From Candidatus Bathyarchaeota archaeon (lineage in GTDB: Archaea > Thermoproteota > Bathyarchaeia > 40CM-2-53-6), in the NCBI GenBank assembly GCA_963733055.1, contig CAVTBR010000003.1:416001-480000 (forward strand): a DNA stretch of 64,000 bases, written 5' to 3'. Position 1 is the first letter of the stretch. Each line of letters starts with the position of its first letter. A program made the translations under genes and the position numbers. Under the pieces are notes generated by a model. The model worked only from the letters and a program-made list of their open reading frames with translations, was not told the origin of the DNA and ran no database searches. Shown here in pieces: positions 37,474-47,385 of the stretch.

Positions 37474-38136
37474 TCAATATACCGTTACTTGGCCTTCCAT
37501 CCATCCAGGCTGGGACATAGCTCCCTGCATTCCAGTAGCTCCGAAGCCGCAGGGGGTCAAACAGATCCATTGAAACGTCCCAGTCTGGTCAAGGTTTAGG
37601 TACGCTATCTGCAAGTCACCGCCAACAACTGGGACATTGATTCCCAACTGGGGAATCGAGAACGTGTGTGCAAGCATTGCCCCGGGAACCGATGTAACAT
37701 TTCGGCCCCAACGCTGACTAACGTCCATTCCGGAGGCGCTAGTGCCATTGACTAGGTATACTGTGCCTCCGACGGTTCCAGTTACTTTGCCCTCCATATC
37801 TGTACTGCCCATCGTCGGCGTATCATACGAAATAATTGTTAGCTGGATCAGTGTGTGGGCGGGAAGAAGTATGTTTGTCGCTGGCTGTGTTCCGTTGGGT
37901 CCAAGGATTGAGAACTGCGGTTGAGCCATTGAAGAATTCCACCCGGTATCCATAATTTCAATCAGCGTTAGCCTGAACGGGCCGGTCTGCGGCGGCGTTG
38001 AGGCAACACTGCGATAATTTAATCCATAATTGAGAGAGAGGCCTCCGATCAACCCCGCTGAAATAACGAGGATGAGGCACTGTAACCCCTTCAGGCTACA
38101 CCGTTTCGGCTGCGCGTCTTCGGTCATATTTGACAC
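37474..38136 (-). CDS. Membrane-anchored atypical cupredoxin-fold protein
   Basis: AHTFSIPQLGINVP, GTFQWICLTPCG...AMSQPGWMEGQVTV. Confidence 0.65.
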   Translation of the reverse strand: MSNMTEDAQPKRCSLKGLQCLILVISAGLIGGLSLNYGLNYRSVASTPPQTGPFRLTLIEIMDTGWNSSMAQPQFSILGPNGTQPATNILLPAHTLIQLTIISYDTPTMGSTDMEGKVTGTVGGTVYLVNGTSASGMDVSQRWGRNVTSVPGAMLAHTFSIPQLGINVPVVGGDLQIAYLNLDQTGTFQWICLTPCGFGATGMQGAMSQPGWMEGQVTVY

Positions 38137-38235
38137 GAAAGTATTTACGAGATGACCAAACTTAACGCCTTTGTAGAGATATTCAGTACTCTATATAGAA
38201 CACACATGGTTGTCGAAGTGTAACTTTTCTGACAA

Positions 38236-38985
38236 CTAGGTGGATAATTTCCGGGCAATTATTATGATTCCGCCGCCCATCAAGAACTCCTTGAGTTCAG
38301 CGCTCTGGAATTTGCTCTTCATCTGAGCTAGGAGAGCGTGGTTTGTTGGTAGGGATTTGTACGTGGGGCCGATCATCCTCCAAGGGTTTCCCTTGATTCT
38401 GCCGAGAATCGTTACCTTCGCGATAATTGGCATTAGATACCTTATGTATAGTGTGCTGCTCGCTCTTTTGAGGAAATTCTCGGGCTTACCAATATCCACA
38501 TCTGCGAAGCGGCCATTTTCGGCGCAGACCCGCGCGTATTCTCCGATGGCTTTGGTGAGGTGGAGGCTGTCACGAAGTGCGTAACAGGTAATGACGGCGT
38601 TGAATGCGTTGTCGCGAAACGGAAGAAGTTCAAAAGACCCCCTTACAACTTGCAAGAGGCTCGGCCAAAGGATGTCTATGTTGGCCTTGGCGGTCTTGAG
38701 CTGCTTCACCGATCCATCTAGGCCTACGAGTAATTTCGGCTTGACTGACGTTAGAATCAACCTTGACGTCGTACCCGGCCCAATCCCGCCGTCGAGTATT
38801 GAATCCCCATCTGACAATTCGAGCCTTTGAATAGCAAACTTGCGTGACTCTTGCGCCTTACCAAATGAGATGAGATCGTTGACTTCATCGTATAGTGGAA
38901 TGGCATCTTCGATCGCCTCTACAACTTTCCGCCAAGTTTCCGGAGGCACACCATAAGAATCGCTCTTCTCTTGATTCCCTTCCAA
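38236..38985 (-). CDS. UbiE/MenG-like class I SAM methyltransferase
   Basis: YDEVNDLISFG, ILDGGIGPG, LPFRDNAF, YALRD. Confidence 0.8.
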   Translation of the reverse strand: MEGNQEKSDSYGVPPETWRKVVEAIEDAIPLYDEVNDLISFGKAQESRKFAIQRLELSDGDSILDGGIGPGTTSRLILTSVKPKLLVGLDGSVKQLKTAKANIDILWPSLLQVVRGSFELLPFRDNAFNAVITCYALRDSLHLTKAIGEYARVCAENGRFADVDIGKPENFLKRASSTLYIRYLMPIIAKVTILGRIKGNPWRMIGPTYKSLPTNHALLAQMKSKFQSAELKEFLMGGGIIIIARKLST

Positions 38986-39127
38986 TCCGCCAATCCACCC
39001 GGACTATGCAGAGGGGCTGTTACCGGAAAGGACTGATAAAACAAGTATGTATCTGGTCACCGGTTGGCGTTATCGATGGTGCAAACTCTTTGATGACTCA
39101 GCGTTCCAATTATGACAGTTGACGCGG

Positions 39128-39544
39128 TTACTTTTCCAGCAGACTCGTGAAGAAGTCGTGATGCTCTTCTTCTTCCTCTTCTATTTCTTCGAAGATCTCC
39201 TTAGTGGCGACGTCGCCTTCCTTGTCGGCGAGTTGGATGATTTCCTTGTACATGGCAATGGTCTCCATCTCGGCTTTGGCATCGTTCTTCAACATTTCTT
39301 CAAGAGTCTCGCCCACGAAGATCGGGGCGGGTTGAATCGTGGGCTTGGTACCCAGATACCATAATCGTTCCGCAATCTTCTCAGCATGCTTCATCTCCCC
39401 AATTGCTACCTTCTCGATCCCGTCGATTACCGCGTAGTGTTCAACACCTTTCCACTGAACATGCTGCCACATATACTGAATAATAGCCTGAAGCTCACCG
39501 GCAACTGCTCGGTTCAACATCTCCAATAGTTTTGCACTAGCCAA
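39128..39544 (-). CDS. Bacterioferritin/ferritin-like di-iron protein
   Basis: ELQAIIQY, EMKHAEKIAERL, EEEHH. Confidence 0.85.
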   Translation of the reverse strand: MASAKLLEMLNRAVAGELQAIIQYMWQHVQWKGVEHYAVIDGIEKVAIGEMKHAEKIAERLWYLGTKPTIQPAPIFVGETLEEMLKNDAKAEMETIAMYKEIIQLADKEGDVATKEIFEEIEEEEEEHHDFFTSLLEK

Positions 39545-39761
39545 AACTAGTTCAACCTTACAGAACCCCTCCCCGTGCAGTCCTTAAACTGGCTGATAGA
39601 GAATCGCTATTGAAATTGAGGATCGCCCGAGATTCTTAGATGGGTTTCAGAACGAAGCAGCCGACTCTTGCACCCATAGCGTCTCTCTAGATGAACTTCC
39701 AGTATGTAGAAAAGAGCTATTAATTGTCGAAAAGCTTCCTCGGGTCGAGGTATTTCACGGG

Positions 39762-40985
39762 TTGCTAGATTCCGGAGACATTGCGTGGGTCATCACTGCC
39801 ACCGCCCTCGTCATGATCATGACGCCAGCCCTAGGGTTCTTCTATGGAGGCTTTGTTAGAAGAAAGAATCTCGTATCCACCATTGCTCAATGTTTTGCGA
39901 TTTTCGCAGTCGTAAGTTTGATCTGGGCTTTCTGGGGATACAGCCTCGCTTTAGGCCCCTCTGTTAGTGGGTTCATTGGAAGCCTCTCTGACGTTTTCAT
40001 GAATAATGTTGGTTACGCCCCTAATCCCGGATATTCCAATACAATTCCCGAACTCCTCTACTTCGCTTTTCAACTGAAATTCGCCGCGATCACGCCCGCC
40101 CTAATCATAGGAGCATTTGCGGAACGAATTCGGTTCAAGGCGTTATTGATCTACGTTGTTCTCTGGACCACGTTCATCTACGCACCCATAGCTCATTGGA
40201 ACTGGGCGGTGGGAGGATTTCTCAGAGGATTGGGTGTGATTGACTTCGCCGGAGGCCTCGTTGTGCATACCTCGGCCGGACTCTCAGCTCTAGCGGCCGC
40301 GATGGTGCTGGGAAGAAGACGAGGTCTCGAGAAGAAAAAGGAAATGAGACCCGCCAACATCCCCTACGTTATACTTGGCGCTTCGATACTTTGGTTTGGA
40401 TGGTTCGGATTCAACGCGGGGAGCGCGCTAGCTGCGAACGCGCTTGCGGTAAACGCTCTTGTCGTAACGAACTTGGCTGCGGCGGCAGCTGCGGTGAGTT
40501 GGATGATGGTAGATTGGTTGGTGAAAGGAAAGCCAAGTGCACTTGGAATGTGCGCTGGAGCCGTCTGCGGCCTAGTAGCGATCACGCCTGCTTCAGGATT
40601 TGTGGGACCGATGCCCTCGATCATCATTGGGTTGGTGGCTGGGGCGTTATGTAATACCGTTGCTAGTTGGAGAGGTAGAACAAAGGTAGATGATTCACTC
40701 GATGTCTTCGCTTGCCACGGCGCTGGAGGAATCTGGGGAACGATCGCGACGGGACTTTTCGCTTCCACCCTAGTCAATGCGGCAGGTCCGAACGGCCTAT
40801 TCTACGGCAACCCGATGCAACTGTTACTTCAATGCGAGGCAGTGGCTATCGTCGTGGCCTTCGCATTCTGCGGCTCATACGTGCTACTCAAAGTGATCGG
40901 GCACTTCACACCGCTCAGAGTCAGTGCACAGGAAGAGGATACGGGGCTAGACATTAGCGAGCATGGCGAAGAAGCATACGCTTAG
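39762..40985 (+). CDS. amtB: Ammonium transporter Amt
   Basis: FAAITPALI.GAFAER, DFAGGLVVH, LWFGWFGFNAGS, DDSLDVFACHG. Confidence 0.96.
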   Translation: MLDSGDIAWVITATALVMIMTPALGFFYGGFVRRKNLVSTIAQCFAIFAVVSLIWAFWGYSLALGPSVSGFIGSLSDVFMNNVGYAPNPGYSNTIPELLYFAFQLKFAAITPALIIGAFAERIRFKALLIYVVLWTTFIYAPIAHWNWAVGGFLRGLGVIDFAGGLVVHTSAGLSALAAAMVLGRRRGLEKKKEMRPANIPYVILGASILWFGWFGFNAGSALAANALAVNALVVTNLAAAAAAVSWMMVDWLVKGKPSALGMCAGAVCGLVAITPASGFVGPMPSIIIGLVAGALCNTVASWRGRTKVDDSLDVFACHGAGGIWGTIATGLFASTLVNAAGPNGLFYGNPMQLLLQCEAVAIVVAFAFCGSYVLLKVIGHFTPLRVSAQEEDTGLDISEHGEEAYA

Positions 40986-41073
40986 GAACTAACGCTGAAG
41001 GTTCTTCCGTATCCCTAGAGAAGTCAGGACTGACGGAATTTATACGAAGCGGCCGTTCCCAGCGAGCTACGCA

Positions 41074-41376
41074 CTAAACCGACTTGGCTAAGCTCTTAGG
41101 AGCCTTTCTAAGAGACAGCCCTAGCCACACGACACCTACAATTACGATAACCAGACCGATTATCGTTAGATAGTTAGTTAACCCGAAGCCAAACCCTCCC
41201 CCGAACTGGCGTGCTCCACTGAAGCCAGGGCCAGGTCCCCCGCCCGTTCCATTGAAACCACCGGAACGGAACATGGCTCTGAACATTAGAGCTCTCACAG
41301 CACCAAGGATCACGGTAATTGCCATTATACCAACGCCGACAACGGTCAGTACGTACGCAGATTTGATTTCGGACAT
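41074..41376 (-). CDS. Small 2-TM protein with Gly/Phe-rich loop
   Basis: Hydrophobic termini; TATA-like element upstream. Confidence 0.55.
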   Translation of the reverse strand: MSEIKSAYVLTVVGVGIMAITVILGAVRALMFRAMFRSGGFNGTGGGPGPGFSGARQFGGGFGFGLTNYLTIIGLVIVIVGVVWLGLSLRKAPKSLAKSV

Positions 41377-41478
41377 TGCTCCTTTCCTCTCAACTACACC
41401 TTGTAGTTGCCATAATCCGCAACCCCGTATATAACCAGTACGTAAGCTGCCGTCATCTTACCGCCGCGGGCAAAACAA

Positions 41479-42906
41479 TTAGGACAGTTTGTCCTTGTCG
41501 AGCATCAACTCTGAGTCGGAATGCTCATGCCCATTCATTCTCTTGATCATGAGGAATCGTTTGGGCTTCCCTCCCACTTCTTTCTCGTGGATTTCTATGA
41601 TACCATCGAACACGCCGGTAAGCGTCTGTTTCTCCTCATTGGAGGCTACGAGTGGGTTGAGAAAGGCGATCACTGTGAAATCCTCGGCCTTGCGTTTTGC
41701 GAGAAAGTCTGAAAACCACTTTCCTGCCGTAACTCCCTTGTCAACCAGAAACATGTGAGAGTAGGTGAGAAGGTCGACTATGAGCAATCTGTTCTTTCCC
41801 CGAGTTGCGCGTCTATCCAAGATCTTTGCAAATGCTCCGTCCAAGTCGGTAGGACTGTCAATGTTGGAGATTTGATACAAGTTTGCGGGTGGGGACGGTA
41901 TCTTCGATGCTTCTGGAGTGAACGCATAGAAATTCCTGCCATACGTTTTCGCCATTTCCTGAATTTTGGCGAGATCATTCGACAAATAGAATGTCGGTAT
42001 CTCGGCGGATAGGACGGACTGGATGATCTTCCGCAACAGTAGATCTCTTTCTTCACACCGCGGAGAGAGCAGAAGGATTGAGGATGTTTTTGGTAGGCCT
42101 CCCCCCAACATGCCGTCGAGGTCGCGATATCCAGTTGAAAGCACATTTGCAGGAGGTTGAGGGGGTTGTTCTAACGGTTCAGCTTTTGGAGGCGGCGTCG
42201 GTTTCACAGTGACCATTCTGTGCCCTGTTCTTTTTCTTCTCGTAAAGAGTACAAACGACGCTGAGATAGCAATTACGATCGCTAAGGCGATTGCCGCTAC
42301 AGTTCCGAACCCAGCCGACGCGTTTACTGAACTGGGTTGTGAAGTCGCCGAAGGTGAGCTGGATGTGCTGGAGGTCGAGAGGATAATCGTTGTTGCGGTT
42401 GTGCTGGAAAGCGTCTTTACGCTACTCAATGTTGCTGAGCTGGTTGTCCTATTGATCAAAGTTATTGAAGCTGGAAAACTGAGTTCAATACTTGCATAAC
42501 CTGATGGAACGCTTGTAGGGCCGCTGACGATGTAAACGAAGAAATAGGTTCCGCTGGCCGGGAAAGGAAGGGACTGATATGGGTTACCGTAGCCCACTAA
42601 GTTTCCAAACAGTAGGGGCCTTGCGGATGATGAGAGATGACAATTCTGGATTGAGTTCAACTCATCCTGGGTGATAATATAGAAATTGAATGGTGCGTCG
42701 GATCCGTAAGTCCCCGCTATCGTATCGCCCTTCATTGCTGAGAACGCTAGCGAACGGATTGTACACTGCCCCGAACTCACGGGTTGCGTAATGGTCATCG
42801 TGGTTGTTGTTGTACCGGATGATTGGCTGTTCGCATATGGGACTGAGAGGACCGAGAGCCAGAAAGCCGCAATCAGAAGGCTAGTAACAAGAATTCGGAG
42901 ATTCAT
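41479..42906 (-). CDS. Single-pass membrane protein: ectodomain + S/T linker + TM + degenerate KaiC/RAD55-like ATPase domain
   Basis: LSTGYRDLDGMLGGGLP, Walker A replaced by SPRCEERD, LLIVD, FDGIIEI...RFLMIKRM. Confidence 0.8.
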   Translation of the reverse strand: MNLRILVTSLLIAAFWLSVLSVPYANSQSSGTTTTTMTITQPVSSGQCTIRSLAFSAMKGDTIAGTYGSDAPFNFYIITQDELNSIQNCHLSSSARPLLFGNLVGYGNPYQSLPFPASGTYFFVYIVSGPTSVPSGYASIELSFPASITLINRTTSSATLSSVKTLSSTTATTIILSTSSTSSSPSATSQPSSVNASAGFGTVAAIALAIVIAISASFVLFTRRKRTGHRMVTVKPTPPPKAEPLEQPPQPPANVLSTGYRDLDGMLGGGLPKTSSILLLSPRCEERDLLLRKIIQSVLSAEIPTFYLSNDLAKIQEMAKTYGRNFYAFTPEASKIPSPPANLYQISNIDSPTDLDGAFAKILDRRATRGKNRLLIVDLLTYSHMFLVDKGVTAGKWFSDFLAKRKAEDFTVIAFLNPLVASNEEKQTLTGVFDGIIEIHEKEVGGKPKRFLMIKRMNGHEHSDSELMLDKDKLS

Positions 42907-43196
42907 CCGAATGTCAAGACGAGCATATCGTTGTAGGCTAATAAGGATTAAATTCAATCAGCGAAAGTTTCAACCTGAAGGCATCTGCCGCCACCATATA
43001 CAAAACTGCTTGAAAGAATCGAGCACCATGAAATTGGTTTCGATTGATTCTCAGGCCACACACTCCTAACAATGTTACTGAATGTTTTGGCATTACCAAA
43101 ATGTTCAATCGCGGAATTTTCTCACGGCAATGCTTAATATGCCGTTGAGTGTGGGAGCACGAAAGCAACTCGTAAGTTGGAGTCAAGGAAGGATGA

Positions 43197-43493
43197 TTGA
43201 ACTTGGCACGTCTTCTGGCTTTTGTAGACATTTTTGTCGAGTCGCCTGCCTTGGACGACGTCGTCAAAGCCCTTAACCAGTTTCCTAACGTAGAAGAAAT
43301 CTACGAGGTAACCGGCGAATTCGACGTTGTCACGCTCGTTTCAGCGGCTGACATAGAAGAATTCCGTGATTTTCTCAAGAACAAGCTGTTGAAGATAAAG
43401 GGCATAAAAAGCACGGTGACCTCAATCGTATTGAACGCACCGAAAGGGCACAGGAACGGCCATTCAGCTGTAGCACTACCGTCGCAACAGTAA
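43197..43493 (+). CDS. Stand-alone Lrp/AsnC ligand-binding (RAM) domain protein
   Basis: VEEIYEVTGEFDVV, IKGIKSTVTSIVL; no HTH. Confidence 0.82.
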   Translation: MNLARLLAFVDIFVESPALDDVVKALNQFPNVEEIYEVTGEFDVVTLVSAADIEEFRDFLKNKLLKIKGIKSTVTSIVLNAPKGHRNGHSAVALPSQQ

Positions 43494-43565
43494 CGACTAA
43501 CCCCGTTTCTCGAGGCAGGCTTCTCTGATACATACTAAGAATTATGACTAGGGGCTTGAGCTAAT

Positions 43566-45222
43566 TTGATTGACCTCATTCAAGCCACAACCGTATTCCT
43601 AATCCTAGGCGCCGCGATCGCGCTGGGACGACTTATAGCACCTTATGTCACAAAGGTCTTCGCTCGCTCACCGAGTCGACTCGACCGATTCCTAAACCCC
43701 ATCGAAAACACAATCTACAGACTCTCGGGCGTGAATCCGAATCGCTCAATGAACTGGAAAGAATATTTTCTCTCGCTCATGTTCCTCAATATCATGCAAA
43801 TGGCTCTTGCGTTCTTCATATTCATGTTTCAAGACAGACTCCCGCTAAACCCGCAAGGGTTTCCGGGACTGAACTGGGATCTAGCTTTCATGCAAGTCAT
43901 CTCTTTTGCAACAAATACGAACCTTCAACATTACAACGGTGAAACCACTCTCTCATATCTTAGTCAAATGAGTGCAGTACAATTTCTCCAATTCACTTCA
44001 GCCGCTTCAGGCATTTGCGCTGCCGTCGTGTTTGTGAGGGCTTTTGTTGTTGGCTCGAAAGACTTTGGCAACTTCTACGTCGACTTCATTAGATCTCTGA
44101 CAAGAGTTCTTTTCCCGTTCTGCTTAATCGCGGCGCTGATTTTTGTCTGGCTCGGCACCCCCCAAACGCTTAGCGGATATACTTCGGTTAAGACTGTGGA
44201 GGGCGCAACACAGCTGATCCTTGTAGGCCCAGTCGCGTCCCTGGTCTCCATCATGCAGATTGGGACTAACGGCGGCGGGTACTACGGCGCCAACTCCGCC
44301 TATCCCTTTCAAAACCCGAACCCTGCCACCGACGTCATTCAGATTCTTCTAATGCTCCTCATGCCTACAGTCATGTGCTTTGTATTTGGAGAAATGCTTG
44401 GGAAGAGGAAGGAAACCCGACCAATTCTTTGGGGCTCCTACGGACTCTTCGTACTCGACCTAACCATTGCCTTCGTACCGAACCCACTCTTCGGCCCAGG
44501 GATGGAGGCGAGGTTCGGGGGATTCTTCTCAGTATTTTGGACGGTAGTAACTACTGCGGTAACGACGGGGTCGGTGAAACGCGTCACTTCTCGCGGTGCA
44601 CCCGCTAGTCATTCTCGCCGGGTTCATAGGGATGCTAATTCAGTCCACACCGGGCGGGAAGGGGGTAGGATTGATGTACATGGTAATGTATGTGGTCATC
44701 ACCGTATTCATCGTTGGACTCATGTCTGGCAGGACCCCCGAATATCTCGGCATGAAGATTACCGGAAGAGATGTCCTTCTAGTGATGGTGACATTCCTCA
44801 TTCATCCAATAATCATTCTAGTACCGACTGTTCTAGCGTATGCAACGGGAGCGGCAAACGCGATAGGCTTGAGTGGAAATTCGCTCGGGTTCACCCAGGT
44901 TCTTTACGAGTTCACTACGGCTGCGGCGAATAACGGCTCCGACTTCCTCGGCGCCTCAGCAAACACGTTATTCTTCAACCTCTCAACCGGGATCGTAATG
45001 TTTCTGGGTCGATTCGCTCCAATTGGTTTACTGTTTGCCCTTGCTGGCTCGATGATCGGAAGGAAGAGGCATGTGGAGATCGGCCTGAGAACCGACACCG
45101 TAATCTTCGCGGTCGTCCTGATCGGAAGCATAGTGATTCTTGTCGCTTTGACATTCTTTCCATTTCTTGCATTGGGTCCAATCCTGGCCTGGTTCCAGGG
45201 CCACATGAGTGGGTACGGGTAA
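43566..45222 (+). CDS. kdpA: K+-transporting ATPase subunit A; frameshift from one extra A near 44577-44579
   Basis: SFATNTNLQHY, IGTNGGG, TTGSV(N), GRTPEYLG, AANNGS. Confidence 0.92.
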
Positions 45223-45241
45223 AGATGGCGCTGGTGATTGA

Positions 45242-47374
45242 ATGAGGTCTGATAATTACAAACCCTCTCTGCTCAGCAGTCTATCAAGTAAGACACTATT
45301 CGACTCCCTCGTGCGCCTAAACCCGGTACATCTGCTTTCAAACCCCGTCATGTTCATCGTCGAAGTTACGTTCTTCATTGTGACCGCCATGGCGATTTAT
45401 CCGCAGGGGTTCCTGCCCGTAGCCAACCCCAACGAGACAACCTTCTACGTAGAGGTCGCCATCATCCTTCTAGTCACTGTTTGGTTCAGTACGCTCTCAG
45501 ATTCCCTTGCGGAGACACAGGCGAAGAATACTGCAAGCAGCTTGAGGAAACTGGAGAAGGAAGTCGCCGCCAAGAAAATTCAATCGGAGAGTGGAAAACG
45601 TACAATCGTTCTCACCCCCTCTACTAAGCTTCGCCAAGGAGACCAAATCCTGCTCGAGAAGGGAGACATGATCCCCATCGACGCCGAAGTACTCGAAGGG
45701 ATTGCAATGGTAGATGAATCCCTCCTCACCGGTGAGTCTACTCCGGTTAGGAAAGCTGCCACCGACCCGTTGATTGGAGGTTCAAAATTGATCAGCGACA
45801 CCCTCACCGCCAGAGTGACGGTGAACCCTGAGGACAGTTACATCAATCAGATGATTCGGATGGTGGAGGCCTCTAAGAGGCCGAAGACTCCGAACGAACA
45901 AGCGGTCGTAATCGTTCTGATCTCCCTGACGGCGATATTTACCATCATCATTTTGGCGCTCCTAGGAATCACCGTCGTTCTGAATTTAGGAGCAGACCTC
46001 TCCGTTCTGATCGCACTCTACGTCTGCCTACTGCCCACAACCATCGGAGCACTACTACCCGCCATAGGCCTTTCCGGCATGTCTCGACTTTATGGCAGGA
46101 AAATTGTTGCAAAGTCGGGTAGAGCCATCGAAACCGCCGGAGACACGGACACAATCCTCCTCGACAAGACCGGCACGATAACCGTCGGAAGCAGACAGGC
46201 AATTGAATTCATACCCTTTGGAAATCGCACCGAAATTGAAGTCGGAGAAGCAGCATTCCTCTCATCCTGGCACGACGACACGCCGGAGGGCCGCAGCATA
46301 ATCAGATTGGCCTACAACCGCGGACTGATACCGAAAGAGTTGAACGCCCTAGCACTCTCCGAAAACTACGAGTTTTCCGCAACTACTCGAACAAGCGGTG
46401 TGAAGTTCACAACCGGATCAGGCTTTATGTTGCCCAAGGCTGGTAGCGGCTACGAGCGGAGTAGATTCAGGCGTAAGTTCACCGATTCGTTGGATAGCTC
46501 TGTGGAGGGGGGTGAGATTGAGATCATTAAGGGGGCGCCGGATGCTATCAAGAAGATCGTACGGGAATACCCAGATGATTTCAGCCAAATCGTTGACAAG
46601 ATTTCGGCCGAAGGCGACAGCCCGGTCGCAATCAGCCGAAACCGCGAAGTAATCGGGATAATTCGCCTAAGGGACATTTTGAAGGAAGGCATCAAGGAGA
46701 AGATTCGAGACGTCAAGGCAATGGGCATCCGGCCAGTCATGATTACCGGAGACCAACCCCTCACCGCGAAAAGTATAGCCTCCGAAGTCGGAATCGATGA
46801 GTACGTTCCTCAGGCGAAACCTGAAGACAAGCACGAAATAGTTCTCAAAGAGCAGGCGAACAGTCGGATCGTGGCCATGATCGGCGACGGAACTAATGAT
46901 GCACCGGCGTTGGCAGTCGCGGACGTTGGACTCGCCATGAACTCGGGGACTCAGGCGGCTAAGGAAGCTGCGAACATGGTTGACCTAGAGTCGAACCCCT
47001 CGAAGATTATTGAGGTAGTTATGCTCGGGAAGCAACTGTTGATGACTCGGGGAGCGATAACAACTTTCAGCATTGCAAATGACGTAGCTAAGTATTTCGC
47101 AATAGTTCCAGTGATGTTTGCGGTCGTCCCGGAACTCTTTGCTCTGAACGTCCTTGGACTTGGGCTTCACACTGCGGTGCTCTCAGCTTTGATTTTCAAC
47201 GCCATAATAATCCCGCTCCTAATCCCGCTAGCCATGAAGGGCGTTTCGTTCAAGCCAACGGATACTATGACGCTATTCTTGAAGAACACTATGATCTATG
47301 GGGTGGGAGGGGTTATCGTTCCCTTCGTCGGAATCAAACTCATCGACATACTCTTAGTCGCAATTCACATGTAG
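45242..47374 (+). CDS. kdpB: K+-transporting ATPase subunit B (P-type IA)
   Basis: NPVMF, TGES, DKTGT, GDGTNDAPAL, TFSIANDVAKYF. Confidence 0.96.
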   Translation: MRSDNYKPSLLSSLSSKTLFDSLVRLNPVHLLSNPVMFIVEVTFFIVTAMAIYPQGFLPVANPNETTFYVEVAIILLVTVWFSTLSDSLAETQAKNTASSLRKLEKEVAAKKIQSESGKRTIVLTPSTKLRQGDQILLEKGDMIPIDAEVLEGIAMVDESLLTGESTPVRKAATDPLIGGSKLISDTLTARVTVNPEDSYINQMIRMVEASKRPKTPNEQAVVIVLISLTAIFTIIILALLGITVVLNLGADLSVLIALYVCLLPTTIGALLPAIGLSGMSRLYGRKIVAKSGRAIETAGDTDTILLDKTGTITVGSRQAIEFIPFGNRTEIEVGEAAFLSSWHDDTPEGRSIIRLAYNRGLIPKELNALALSENYEFSATTRTSGVKFTTGSGFMLPKAGSGYERSRFRRKFTDSLDSSVEGGEIEIIKGAPDAIKKIVREYPDDFSQIVDKISAEGDSPVAISRNREVIGIIRLRDILKEGIKEKIRDVKAMGIRPVMITGDQPLTAKSIASEVGIDEYVPQAKPEDKHEIVLKEQANSRIVAMIGDGTNDAPALAVADVGLAMNSGTQAAKEAANMVDLESNPSKIIEVVMLGKQLLMTRGAITTFSIANDVAKYFAIVPVMFAVVPELFALNVLGLGLHTAVLSALIFNAIIIPLLIPLAMKGVSFKPTDTMTLFLKNTMIYGVGGVIVPFVGIKLIDILLVAIHM

Positions 47375-47385
47375 GAGGATTAGCA

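Noticed and set aside
39690-39745. NrpR operator before amt
   Set aside because: No GGAA-N6-TTCC match; spacing and half-sites are wrong
43100-43196. c-di-AMP (ydaO) riboswitch upstream of kdp
   Set aside because: Only a loose AATCGCGGAAT resemblance; the other conserved elements are not recognisable
44570-44600. Programmed frameshifting in kdpA (and similarly dppB, Rieske)
   Set aside because: No slippery heptamer or stimulatory structure; the pattern fits sequencing indels
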